DNA of 64,000 bases from Gemmatimonadota bacterium (GTDB taxonomy: Bacteria; Gemmatimonadota; Gemmatimonadetes; Gemmatimonadales; GWC2-71-9): the NCBI GenBank assembly GCA_036679645.1, contig JAZDCY010000026.1, forward strand, positions 8,818 to 72,817, in the 5' to 3' direction. The translations under genes and the position numbers were made by a program. Every line of letters begins with the position of its first letter. Position 1 is the stretch's first letter. The notes beneath the pieces are model-generated. The model saw nothing but the letters and a program-made list of their open reading frames with translations. It made no database searches and was not told the DNA's origin. Below are positions 19,176 through 29,117 of this stretch, in pieces.

Positions 19176-22100
19176 ATGTCTTCCCGTCGAGTCGTCTTCG
19201 CCACGATCCTTGCCACCCTCGCTATGGCCCTCACGACACTCACCCCGTCGCCCGTCGAGGCCCAACGCGGCCGGCGTGGCGAGGGAGGGGACGATGCCGA
19301 CTCTACGAGCCGCAGTCCGCTCGAGCGCGCCGTGCGCGGGCTAAGCCTCCGCTCGATCGGCCCCGCAGTCGTATCCGGACGCATCAGCGACATCGCCATC
19401 CATCCGAGTGATCCCTTCACGTGGTACCTTGCAACCGCGTCCGGCGGTGTGTGGAAGACCACCAACGCCGGTACCACGTTCTCGCCCATCATGGACCGCG
19501 AGGGGTCGTATTCTTTTGGCGCGGTGGTGATCGACCCGAACAATCCCAACGTGGTATGGGCGGGGAGCGGTGAGAATAACCCACAACGGTCGGTCTCCTA
19601 CGGCGACGGCATCTACAAGTCCGTTGACGGCGGGCGCACTTGGCGGAACGTCGGGCTGCCGAATTCCGAACACATCGCCAGAATCTTGATCGATCCCCGC
19701 AACTCCGACGTCGTGTACGTCGCATCCCAGGGACCAGTCTACAACAGCGGCGGGGACCGCGGTCTTTACAAGACGGAGGACGGCGGCGCGACATGGACCA
19801 AGATCCTCGATGCCGGTGAGTGGGCCGGCGTGACCGACGTCGTGATGGATCCGCGTAACCCCGACGTCCTGATTGCGGCCACCTGGCAGCGCGCGCGCCG
19901 GCAGTGGACGCTCATCGCCGGTGGACCGGAATCCGGCATCCATCGCTCCACCGACGGCGGTACCACCTGGACCCGGTCGCAACGTGGTCTCACGAGCGAG
20001 GAGCTTGGTCGCATTGGGCTCGCCATCTCGCCGGTGAACCCGGATATCGTCTACGCCATCGTCGAAGCGGCCAACGACGGGAGCGGATTCTACCGCTCTT
20101 CCAATAACGGCATCAGCTGGCAACGCATGGGCGACCAGAGCTCGAGCGGCAACTATTACCAGGAGATCTTCACCGACCCGGCAAACGTCGACCGCGTGTA
20201 TCTCATGAATACGCGGCTCGTTGTCACCGATGACGGCGGACGCAACTGGCGCAGGCTGAGCCAGTCGCACAAGCACGTGGACAACCACGCCATCTGGATC
20301 GATCCCAATGATACCGACCACTTCCTGATCGGCACCGACGGCGGTCTCTACGAGACGCACGATCTGGGCGAGCACTACGCCTGGTTCAACAACCTGCCCC
20401 TGGGTCAGTTCTACCGCGTGGAGGTAGACAGCACGCGGCCGTTCTACCGCGTGTTCGGCGGAACGCAGGACAACAGTTCGGTCGGAGGCCCATCGCAGAC
20501 GCGCACACGCCGCGGCGCCGACAACGGCGATTGGTTTCTGACACAGGGCGGCGACGGGTTCTATTCGCGCATCGATCCCACCGATCCCAACATCATGTAC
20601 GCGGAGTCGCAATACGCCGGCCTCACGCGATTCAACCTGGCAACAGGCGAACGCGTGTCGATCCGGCCCGAACCGGAGCCGGGCGCCCCTGCTCCGCGTT
20701 GGCACTGGGACGCACCGCTCGTCATCAGCCCGCACTCCGCCTCACGGCTCTACTTCGCGTCGCAACGCGTGTACCGCAGCGACGACCGCGGCAGTAGCTG
20801 GACGGTCGTGAGTCCCGATCTCACGGCACAAATCGACCGCAACCGGCTCCAGATGATGGGACGCGTGTGGAGCGTCGATGCCGTCGCGAAGAACCGGTCG
20901 ACCTCGACGTGGAACAGCATCGTGACAATGGCCGAGTCGTTCCTGCAGGAGGGATTGATTTGGGTAGGGTCGGACGACGGTGTCATTCAGGTCACCGAGG
21001 ACGGCGGAGAGAACTGGCGGCGTATCGAATCGATCCGCGGTATTCCTGACACGACATTCATCTCGCGTGTGACGCCGTCTGCGCATGACGCGAACACGGT
21101 GTACGTGTCGTTCGACAACCACAAGGCGGGCGACAACCACCCGTACATCGCGAAGAGCACCGATCTGGGCCGCTCCTGGGAGGTGATTCAGAACAACCTG
21201 CCCGAACGCGGCACCGTCTATACCGTGATCGAGGACTACAAGGACCCCAACCTGCTCTACGCTGGTACCGAGTTCGGGCTGTTCTTCTCGAACGACGGCG
21301 GCGAGCAGTGGACGCGGCTCCGCAGCGGGCTCCCGACGATCATGGTGCGAGACCTCGTGCTCCAGACGCAGCACGACGACCTGGTGCTCGCCACCTTCGG
21401 GCGCGGCTTCTACATCTTCGAACATCTCGAGACGCTGCGCGCGTTGACGCCTGAGTTTCTCGCCGGAGACGGCGGGCTGCTCCCGGTGAACCGGGCACCG
21501 ATGTTCGTCGCGTCCAACCCCGACCCGGGGTGGCAGGGTGCGACGTTCTGGACGGCGGACAATCCGAGCGCCGGCGCGACATTCTATTATTTCGTCCCAG
21601 AGACCATCCGTACCCAGCGCCAGCAACGGCAACGCGCCGAGCGCGCTGCGGCCAAACGGGGCGAGGACGTGTTCTACCCGTCGTGGGATCAGCTCCGCAC
21701 GGAGGACTTGGAAGATGATCCGACGATGCTGCTCACGATTACGGACCAGGAGGGCCGCGTCGTGCGGCGGCTCACCGGCTCGACCTCGGCCGGCCTAAAG
21801 CGTGAGACGTGGAACTTGCGCTACCCCGGCGCTGCGCCCATTCGTAGCCAGACAGGTGGTGGAGGCGGCGGGTTCGGTGGATTCGGGTTCGGTGGCGGGT
21901 CGGGCCCGTACGTCGTGCCGGGCACCTACACGGTGTCGCTCGCCAGCGTCGTGAACGGCGAGATCACGCAAGTCGGGGAGCCACAAAGTTTCGAGGTCGA
22001 TCAACTGGACGGTGCGGCGCACGCGCGTTCGCCCGAGGTCCTCGCGTTCCAACAGCGGGCTCTCGCACTCCAGCGCGCCATGCTCGGCGCCAACGCGGCG

Positions 22101-22502
22101 GCGGGCGAGGCGATGACCCGCATCGGCTTCCTGGAACGTGCGCTCATGAACACACCCGGAGCCGATCCGCAGCTCGCGGACGATCTGGGGGCGGTCGAGG
22201 ACAGCGTGCGTGCCATCCAGGAGACGATGAGCGGTGAACGCACGTTCCAGCGCCGTAACGAACCGTCACCGAGGTCGCTCATGAACCGACTCGGCCGGTT
22301 CACCGGTGGTGCGTGGTCGGGTTCACTCCAGGAAGTGACCGGCATGCAGCGACGCCAGTACGAGATCGTCGCCGCCGAATTGGGCGGCATCCTCGATCGG
22401 CTGAGCCGGGCGATCGACGTGGACCTCAAACGCATCGAGGATGCGGCGGAGGCCGCGGGTGCCCCGTGGACGAGCGGGCGCGTGCCTAGTTGGAGACCGT
22501 AG
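19176..22502 (+). CDS. Secreted VPS10/BNR-repeat glycosyl-hydrolase-like protein
   Basis: Signal peptide, IGPAVVSGRISD, many S/T-x-D-G-G-x-T/S-W Asp-boxes, GGTQDN, C-terminal PWTSGR. Confidence 0.88.
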   Translation: MSSRRVVFATILATLAMALTTLTPSPVEAQRGRRGEGGDDADSTSRSPLERAVRGLSLRSIGPAVVSGRISDIAIHPSDPFTWYLATASGGVWKTTNAGTTFSPIMDREGSYSFGAVVIDPNNPNVVWAGSGENNPQRSVSYGDGIYKSVDGGRTWRNVGLPNSEHIARILIDPRNSDVVYVASQGPVYNSGGDRGLYKTEDGGATWTKILDAGEWAGVTDVVMDPRNPDVLIAATWQRARRQWTLIAGGPESGIHRSTDGGTTWTRSQRGLTSEELGRIGLAISPVNPDIVYAIVEAANDGSGFYRSSNNGISWQRMGDQSSSGNYYQEIFTDPANVDRVYLMNTRLVVTDDGGRNWRRLSQSHKHVDNHAIWIDPNDTDHFLIGTDGGLYETHDLGEHYAWFNNLPLGQFYRVEVDSTRPFYRVFGGTQDNSSVGGPSQTRTRRGADNGDWFLTQGGDGFYSRIDPTDPNIMYAESQYAGLTRFNLATGERVSIRPEPEPGAPAPRWHWDAPLVISPHSASRLYFASQRVYRSDDRGSSWTVVSPDLTAQIDRNRLQMMGRVWSVDAVAKNRSTSTWNSIVTMAESFLQEGLIWVGSDDGVIQVTEDGGENWRRIESIRGIPDTTFISRVTPSAHDANTVYVSFDNHKAGDNHPYIAKSTDLGRSWEVIQNNLPERGTVYTVIEDYKDPNLLYAGTEFGLFFSNDGGEQWTRLRSGLPTIMVRDLVLQTQHDDLVLATFGRGFYIFEHLETLRALTPEFLAGDGGLLPVNRAPMFVASNPDPGWQGATFWTADNPSAGATFYYFVPETIRTQRQQRQRAERAAAKRGEDVFYPSWDQLRTEDLEDDPTMLLTITDQEGRVVRRLTGSTSAGLKRETWNLRYPGAAPIRSQTGGGGGGFGGFGFGGGSGPYVVPGTYTVSLASVVNGEITQVGEPQSFEVDQLDGAAHARSPEVLAFQQRALALQRAMLGANAAAGEAMTRIGFLERALMNTPGADPQLADDLGAVEDSVRAIQETMSGERTFQRRNEPSPRSLMNRLGRFTGGAWSGSLQEVTGMQRRQYEIVAAELGGILDRLSRAIDVDLKRIEDAAEAAGAPWTSGRVPSWRP

Positions 22503-22551
22503 CCCAGCACGCCGCCCTGCACTGGCGGGAAGGCGGGAAGGCGGGATGCGA

Positions 22552-22807
22552 TCAGAAGATCCCTTCCCGCACTTCAGGCCCTTGCGGAGTTCCACGACCG
22601 GCGTAGCCTCGACCGACGTGTTCTCCGGCAGGGGCACGTCTCCTTTTTCCTTCCCCAGCTGCACGATGGTCTTGAGTTTGTTCAGAACGCTCGAGCCCGA
22701 CACGGCGCTCTGCGCGTCGTAGTAGTAGTCGAACCACGGAAGACCGGCCCGCTCGTACTCCCTGGCCGTGGGCGGGGTGGCAGTTGGTCGTTCTCAAGCT
22801 CGATCAT
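22552..22807 (-). pseudogene. Internally deleted hypothetical gene downstream of the XRE regulator
   Basis: AGGAGG SD and MIELENDQL, then out of frame PPTAREYERAGLPWFDYY...PLPENTSV...ELRKGLK, then out of frame again VREGIF*. Confidence 0.6.
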
Positions 22808-22831
22808 TCTTGCCTCCTGCCTTCACGGGCG

Positions 22832-23185
22832 CTACCAGGTGCCGTCTCGCACCTCTCGTACAATCCGAAGAACCGCCCGGTCGGGTTGGTCCTTGAGCTG
22901 TCTGATTAGCTCGGCGAAGAGCGCGGGGCGTTTGCGGATGGCATCCTGCAGATCCGACGAGACCTTACCTCCCAGCGCGAGCAGAACGTCTGGGTCTTCG
23001 CCCAGCTCCCGAGCCAACCCCACGATCTTTGCCTCGCCCGGCGGGGCCACCTCGCCCCGCTCCACCTTGCTCAGGTAGGACGGCTCGACGCCAATCCGCT
23101 GAGCGACTTGCCGCACGGAGTAGGTGGGACTCTGGGCGCGAAGCCGTTCCCTGGCCTGGCGTACGTAGCGGCCGAACGTGCTCAT
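22832..23185 (-). CDS. XRE-family HTH transcriptional regulator
   Basis: FGRYVRQAR...SVRQVAQRIGVEPSYLSKVERGE. Confidence 0.92.
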   Translation of the reverse strand: MSTFGRYVRQARERLRAQSPTYSVRQVAQRIGVEPSYLSKVERGEVAPPGEAKIVGLARELGEDPDVLLALGGKVSSDLQDAIRKRPALFAELIRQLKDQPDRAVLRIVREVRDGTW

Positions 23186-23191
23186 AGACCA

Positions 23192-23225
23192 TGTAGTATA
23201 TAGTACACAGTACTCATCGAGTCAA
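23192..23225 (-). promoter_or_regulatory. Promoter plus palindromic operator of the XRE gene (near-leaderless)
   Basis: TTGACT-17-TATATA (or 19-TATACT); palindrome TGTAgTATATAgTACA at 23192-23207; no SD. Confidence 0.55.
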
Positions 23226-23288
23226 CCGGCCGCACGGACTCGCCACTTCTGACACAACGTCTTCCTTCTTGGAGTTATCGTTCGCCCC

Positions 23289-25089
23289 ATGAACACACGA
23301 CATCTGTTGACCGCCCTGACCATCTCGACCGCCGTCGCGCCGCCACTCACGCTCACAGCCGCGCAGACCATCACCTACGACGTCCGGTTCCCCAACGTCG
23401 TCCATCACGAGGCCGAGATCTCGTTCACCGTGCGCGACCTCGCCGCAGGCCCACTCGAAGTGCGAATGAGCCGTTCGTCACCGGGACGATACGCGCTGCA
23501 CGAGTTCGCCAAGAACGTCTCCAACGTTCGCGTCACGGACGCTGCCGGCAACGTCCTGCCGGTTACGCGATCGGATCCCTACTCCTGGCACGTTCCTGAA
23601 CATCCCGGCACCGTGCGCGTGACTTACACGCTCTTCGCCAACCGGGCGGGCGGAACGTACTCCCAGGTGGATGAGAGCCACGCGCACCTCAACATGCCGG
23701 CGGCATTCATGTGGGCGGCGGGGCTCGACGACCGGCCCATCGAGATCGCATTCCACCCACCCGCCGAGAGCGCATGGCGCATTGCGACCCAGCTGTTTCC
23801 CGGCGACGAGCCCAACAGGTTCACGGCACCCAGCCTTCAGTACTTCATGGACAGTCCCACCGAACTCTCGTCGTTCGCGCTGCGCGAATGGCCCGTGGAG
23901 CACGACGGGACAACGTACACCATACGACTCGCCATCCATCATCTGGGGACTGAGGCCGAGGTAGACGCGTACGCTGAGGTCGTGCGCAACGTCGTCCAAC
24001 AGGAGATCGCGGTGTTTGGCGAGCCGGCCCCCTATGACGGCGGCACCTACACGTTTATTGCGGATTACCTCCCGTGGGCTTCGGGCGACGGTATGGAGCA
24101 CCGCAACTCGACGATCCTGGCATCGCGTGCATCGCTCGCGCGGGCCGCACAACAACTCATCGGCACGGTGAGCCACGAGTTTTTCCACTCGTGGAACGTC
24201 GAGCGGATTCGGCCTGCATCGCTCGAGCCGTTCGATTTCACGCGCGCCAACATGTCACGCGCGTTGTGGTTCGCCGAAGGCTTCACGAGCTACTACACAT
24301 CGCTAATCCTGCGGCGGGCGGGCCTGAGGTCGGATAACGACTACGCACAGTCCATCTCGAGCGGACTCGATTTCGTGATTGAGCATGCAGGCTCCGTTCG
24401 TGGACGCGGCCACGGCCGTCGACCCCACGAACCGCGAGAACACGTTCATCTCCTACTACACGTGGGGCTCGGTGATCGGGCTGGCCCTCGACCTCACCCT
24501 CCGCAGCCGGTTCGACATCACGCTCGACGCGTACATGCGGCGCATGTGGCTCGACTACGGGAAACCCGAGCGGTTCTACACGGTGGACGATCTCGAGAAT
24601 GCGCTGGCCGGACTCACCGCAGACTCCGCCTTCGCCGCCGACTTCTTTGCCCGGTACATCCGCGGGCACGATGTCGCCGACTACGCCGCGCTCCTCGCGC
24701 ACGCCGCGTTCATAATGCGCCCCTCGCGCCCGGGGGGTGCGTTCCTGGGCTTCGTGCAACTCGAGTACCGTGAGGACGGAGCGCTGGTGAAGGGCAATAC
24801 ACGACGTGGCGCGCCGCTGTATGCGGCCGGGGTAGATGCCGGCGACCGGATCGTCTCGATCGGCGGAGACACTCTGCGCTCGAATTCCGATTGGCAGGCG
24901 ATCAAGGCCGCACACCGCCCCGGCGAAACTGTGGACATCGTCTACGAGTCGCGCGGGCGTCGTCGCCTCGCGAGGCTGACGTTCGCTGAAGATCCTCGAC
25001 TCGAGGTCGTGACGTACGAGGAGGCGGGACGCACCGTCACGGACGCGGCGCGCACGTTTCGGGAGGCGTGGCTGGGTCGCCAGCCGTAG
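23289..25089 (+). pseudogene. M61 glycyl aminopeptidase with PDZ domain, split by a frameshift near 24380
   Basis: SSPGRY, GMEHRNST, HEFFHSWN, WFAEGFTSYY in ORF 23289; continues in another frame as SMQAPFVDAA...SYYTWG...PDZ to 25089. Confidence 0.85.
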
Positions 25090-25424
25090 CGGGAGCGCGC
25101 CCATCATCGTGATCGACGCCGCCGCATTCGCGCCGTCTCCGTGGCCGCTGCTTGCGGAGCCTCCCCAGCTAGAGCCGGAGCCCCAGACCCAAGGTCACGG
25201 CCCCATGGCTGAGCCTGCCCGCGTCACCTCGGCCATGACGCCAAACAATGTCGCTCGGCGCCCTTCAGAAAACTGCGCCGCGACACGTGTGCGTGGTCTC
25301 TGGACACGCGGGATGACTACCCCATCTCCTGCGGGCCGTGCCGCCCGTGTGGACTCGTCAAGACGCCGAACGGGCGAAACCGTTATCGGTTCCGCCCGTT
25401 CAGTGTATTTGGAGTGGTCTGTGG

Positions 25425-26114
25425 CTAGTATGCAGCGCGCGCCGGGCGAGCCGCATTGTCTCCGGGGATCTGCGAATGCATCACCACGCGCAACACGCCG
25501 GTCTGCAGATCGACGTCCCAGAACGCCACACGCGGTCGCAGGAACTTGCTCACGTGCGTGGTCGTGAGCGTGTCGGGAGTCGTATCTAGAAACTCCAACA
25601 CCTCGAGACGCATTGCCGCATACGAACTGGCCGACGCCTTGGCGGAGAGCCGGAGCGTCATCTTGTCGATTAGCATGCGCTGTACCGCGCTTTGCGTGAT
25701 GTCGAGCAGACGCTGAACGTAACCGGCCAACTCGGCCCCGCCGCTCTTGGCGCGACGCTGCTCGAGTTTCTTTGCGGTAGCTGGCTCGCACAACTCGAAC
25801 AGTTGGCGCCGCACCGTAGGCTTAGGCCCCGCGACGCGCTTTGGCGCGGTGGCTTCCCGCTCAGTGCGCGCGCAATTGGCCAAGTCGTTTCGGCTGAGCC
25901 CGAGAAACGAAGTCATGCGATCGTAGATATCAGTCCGGCCGGGCCGCGGGGGCCGGCGGCGGCCGGCGATGAGATCATCGATGTATTCTTTCGGTACGTC
26001 GACGGTGTCGGCAAGTTCCTGTACCGTTTTTTCGGTCTCTTTCAGGCGTTGACGCAACAGCTTTGCTACCGTGGTGTCCTTACTGGGCGGCGACGGTTTC
26101 ACGCGCATGACCAT
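25425..26114 (-). CDS. Hypothetical protein with N-terminal XRE/Cro-like HTH
   Basis: AAAGGA SD; TVQELADTVDVPKEYIDDLIAGRRRPP. Confidence 0.72.
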   Translation of the reverse strand: MVMRVKPSPPSKDTTVAKLLRQRLKETEKTVQELADTVDVPKEYIDDLIAGRRRPPRPGRTDIYDRMTSFLGLSRNDLANCARTEREATAPKRVAGPKPTVRRQLFELCEPATAKKLEQRRAKSGGAELAGYVQRLLDITQSAVQRMLIDKMTLRLSAKASASSYAAMRLEVLEFLDTTPDTLTTTHVSKFLRPRVAFWDVDLQTGVLRVVMHSQIPGDNAARPARAAY

Positions 26115-26157
26115 CCTTTCGGTTCAGCGCACGGGACATCATATGGCGTTGGGCCGA

Positions 26158-26171
26158 GGGTATCGATACCC
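26158..26171. promoter_or_regulatory. Perfect 14-bp palindrome upstream of the HTH gene
   Basis: GGGTATCGATACCC, about 44 bp upstream of ATG 26114. Confidence 0.45.
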
Positions 26172-26345
26172 GAATTCGCAAACGGAGTTCATATGCAAGG
26201 TAACGAGATGGCGGTCGATTCTGCAGTGCTCGTCGTGCGTGCGAACGACAATTCGCATTGCTCCCACGCCCCCCCCCCCCCGCCCCCCAGTCCGGCGGAG
26301 ACGGGGGGCAAAGACCGGTGAGCCAGCACTAGCTTCGAGCGACGC

Positions 26346-27122
26346 CTACGACGGGACGGAGTGCAGTGCGAAGGCCACCCCCTGCGGGTCCTTGCATTGG
26401 GCTATCATGCCGCCGCCCGGCACCTCCATGGGCCCGTGCAGCACCTGACCGCCTTCTGCCTTGACGGTCACAACGGTTGCGTTCACGTCGGGCACCTCGA
26501 CGTAGTAGAGCCATGTCGGGGCCGGGACCGGCATCTTGGCACTCCAGTTGAACATGCCGCCCAGCGGCCATTTCCCAAACCCGTACATACGGTAGATGCC
26601 CATCTCCCCCATATCCATGTCGTCGGTCTTGGACCAGTCGAACAGCTTGGCATAGAAGTCGAACGCGGCCTCGTAGTCGGTGGTGGCCAGTTCGTGCCAC
26701 GAGAATTGCTTCACTTCCGCCGGCGCATCTTCCGGCATGCCGTGCGCCCCCTCGAATATGGCGAACACCATGCCCTGCGGATCGGCGAGCACGGCAAAGG
26801 TGCCGGTGTCCGGAACCTCGGTGGGTTCCTTGAGGACCTTCCCACCGAGTTCGACCGCCTTCTTCAGCGTCGCACCGCAATCCGGCGTCGAGACGTACGC
26901 GAGCCAATGCGCCGGTGCCCCCGCGGCTTTGGCCTCGTCGGGCAGCGCCATGAGCCCGCCGAGTGGGGCCTTGGGAGCGTGGGTCCACATGGTATACGGC
27001 ATGGGGCCATCCCACTGCATAGTGCCCCACCCGATCACCTTGGTGTAGAACGCCTGCGCGGCGTCCACGTCCGTTGTCATGAGGTCGTACCAGACGAATC
27101 GACCGAGTACGTTTTTGGCCAT
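26346..27122 (-). CDS. VOC/glyoxalase family protein (two domains, CFP32-like)
   Basis: FVWYDLMTTD...FY...GW...DPQG and FSWHELATTD...FY...DW...DPQG; AGGAGG SD. Confidence 0.92.
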   Translation of the reverse strand: MAKNVLGRFVWYDLMTTDVDAAQAFYTKVIGWGTMQWDGPMPYTMWTHAPKAPLGGLMALPDEAKAAGAPAHWLAYVSTPDCGATLKKAVELGGKVLKEPTEVPDTGTFAVLADPQGMVFAIFEGAHGMPEDAPAEVKQFSWHELATTDYEAAFDFYAKLFDWSKTDDMDMGEMGIYRMYGFGKWPLGGMFNWSAKMPVPAPTWLYYVEVPDVNATVVTVKAEGGQVLHGPMEVPGGGMIAQCKDPQGVAFALHSVPS

Positions 27123-27270
27123 GAGGCCCTCCTGGGCAGAGTTGTCCTGGCCGGCACCCTCATGGTTGCGGGCACTGGCGCGGGGCGAATATATACCGAA
27201 GATCGTATCGAGGCCAGTCCTCTGACGGGATCGGGTGGACTTGGAGCACGTCGATCGCCATGCTGTTTTC

Positions 27271-27370
27271 TGTGGAGGACGTGAACACCTGTCATCCACA
27301 AATCCACAGTGCGTGGGAAACGTTCGTGACTCACGCCTTCCCGTTGTTCTGCATCCACACCGGCTCCACA
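27271..27370. repeat. Cluster of DnaA-box-like TCCACA motifs
   Basis: TGTGGAGGA 27271, TCATCCACA 27292, AAATCCACA 27300, GCATCCACA 27351, GGCTCCACA 27362. Confidence 0.45.
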
Positions 27371-27558
27371 CACCAGAATTCGGCCGAAGAAAGAACGGCG
27401 CTTGCGGCGCGCTTGCGTTTCCCTAGCTTGGTGCCGTTCCAGGTACGGCCCGTCGTCGGTCGCCATCCTCCGACACCATCTGGCCCCGAGAGCAGACAAC
27501 GATCGAGTACTCCGAAATCGGCATCCAGAAGATCGGCCAGCAGGCCGCGACCGATCTC

Positions 27559-27792
27559 ATGTGCGTGCGTTGCCCCAGGGATAGCGCGGTGATGCGCATC
27601 CTCTCATGTCGTGTCGTGTCCGCCGCGGACCCCACCGCGCGATCCCAAACGAGAGACAGGATTCCAAAAGGCCGAGAGTGGGTCGTACGCCACATCGATT
27701 TTGAGTGCCCCGCATGTCGGCGCCGCGCAATGCGGATCGCCTATTCCCCAGAATCGCAACAACCTGAGACAGCAGTTACCACTAGCGCCTAG
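27559..27792 (+). CDS. Possible small Zn-ribbon protein (start uncertain)
   Basis: CVRCP...CPAC; fills an otherwise empty gap; no clear SD. Confidence 0.35.
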   Translation: MCVRCPRDSAVMRILSCRVVSAADPTARSQTRDRIPKGREWVVRHIDFECPACRRRAMRIAYSPESQQPETAVTTSA

Positions 27793-27882
27793 GCGCCGGC
27801 GGATGTCGCTGGAACGAGGTGGCGGGAAGGGTTGCGCGAAGGGATGAGCGGGCTTGTGAGACCCCAGTGCAAAGGGGCCGCT

Positions 27883-29115
27883 CTAGTGGAAGAACAGGTA
27901 CGCGATCAATATTCCCGCGATCACAGCAGCGAAATCCGCCGCCAACCCACAAGCCACCGCATATCGCGTCTTTCTCACTGAGACCGATCCAAAGTACACG
28001 GCGACGATGTAGAAAGTCGTGTCGGTTGCCCCTTGGAAGGTGCTGGCCAACCGGCCGACGAACGAATCGGCCCCGTGGGTCTGCATGGCGTCCACCATCA
28101 TCCCGCGCGCTCCGCTGCCGCTCAACGGTTTCATCAACGCGGTCGGGAGTGCCTCGATGAAATCGGTGTTGATGCCGATTCCGCCGAACACCGCGCCAAC
28201 ACCCGCCACCAGGTAGTCCATTGCTCCGGACGCGCGAAACACGCCGATCGCGACCAGGATGGCCACGAGATAGGGAATGATCTTGATGACGACGGGGAAC
28301 CCCTCTTTGGCCCCCTCAATGAACGCCTCGTATACGTTGACGCGTTTCAGCATCGCCATGGTGATGAAGGCGGTGATGACGCCAAACAGGATCACGTTGG
28401 CGGCCACAGTCGAGATCGTCTCGATCTGCTCCTGCGGGAGGCGGGAGAAATAGAAGATCGTCGCGCCCACGGCGCCGGTAACGCCAAGCAGGTAGGCCAT
28501 CACGACGCGATCGAACAGGTTGATGCGCTGCACGACCGCGACCGTCACCAGCCCGACCAGCGTCGAGAAGAACGTCGTCAGCAGGATGGGAATGAAGATG
28601 TCCGACGGGTTGGCAGCACCGAGTTGCGCGCGATAGACCATGATGCTGATCGGTATCAGCGTGAGCCCCGACGTGTTCAGCACGAGGAACATTATCTGCG
28701 CGTTGGTGGCCGTGTCCTTCTTTGGGTTCAGCTCCTGCAGTTCCTGCATTGCCTTGAGCCCCAACGGCGTCGCCGCATTGTCGAGCCCCAGCATGTTGGC
28801 GGCGAAGTTCATGATCATCGAGCCGTGCACCGGATGATCGCGCGGGATCTCCGGAAAGATCCGGTGAAAGAAGGGTCGCACCACCTTGGCTAGCACGTCG
28901 ATGACCCCACCCTTCTCGCCCACGCGCATGAGTCCCAGCCAGAGCGTGAGCACACCCGTAAGCCCCAGGGAGATCTCAAACCCCGTCTTGGCCATGTCGA
29001 ACGTGCTATTGACCATGGCCGAGAAGATCTCCGTATCGCCGAGGACGATCAGCTTGATCAACCCCACGACCATGGCGATCAGGAAAAACGCGATCCAAAT
29101 GTAGTTGAGGACCAT
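27883..29115 (-). CDS. spmAB: Fused SpmA/SpmB nucleoside-recognition (Gate) membrane protein
   Basis: MVLNYIW, LWLGLMRV, ANMLGLDNAATPLGLKAM, NVYEAFIEGAKEG, KPLSGSGA, TDTTFYIVAVYFG. Confidence 0.9.
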   Translation of the reverse strand: MVLNYIWIAFFLIAMVVGLIKLIVLGDTEIFSAMVNSTFDMAKTGFEISLGLTGVLTLWLGLMRVGEKGGVIDVLAKVVRPFFHRIFPEIPRDHPVHGSMIMNFAANMLGLDNAATPLGLKAMQELQELNPKKDTATNAQIMFLVLNTSGLTLIPISIMVYRAQLGAANPSDIFIPILLTTFFSTLVGLVTVAVVQRINLFDRVVMAYLLGVTGAVGATIFYFSRLPQEQIETISTVAANVILFGVITAFITMAMLKRVNVYEAFIEGAKEGFPVVIKIIPYLVAILVAIGVFRASGAMDYLVAGVGAVFGGIGINTDFIEALPTALMKPLSGSGARGMMVDAMQTHGADSFVGRLASTFQGATDTTFYIVAVYFGSVSVRKTRYAVACGLAADFAAVIAGILIAYLFFH

Positions 29116-29117
29116 GA

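Noticed and set aside
21855..21900. GGN-rich repeat
   Set aside because: Encodes a Gly/Phe low-complexity loop within the VPS10-like protein.
22524..22546. Short tandem repeat GGCGGGAA
   Set aside because: Under three copies in a terminator-like gap; no further structure.
26268..26309. Poly-C tract as a phase-variation switch
   Set aside because: Intergenic, adjoins a GC hairpin after the VOC gene, and may be homopolymer miscalling.
27271..27370. oriC
   Set aside because: Boxes are degenerate, there is no clear AT-rich unwinding element and no origin-linked genes.
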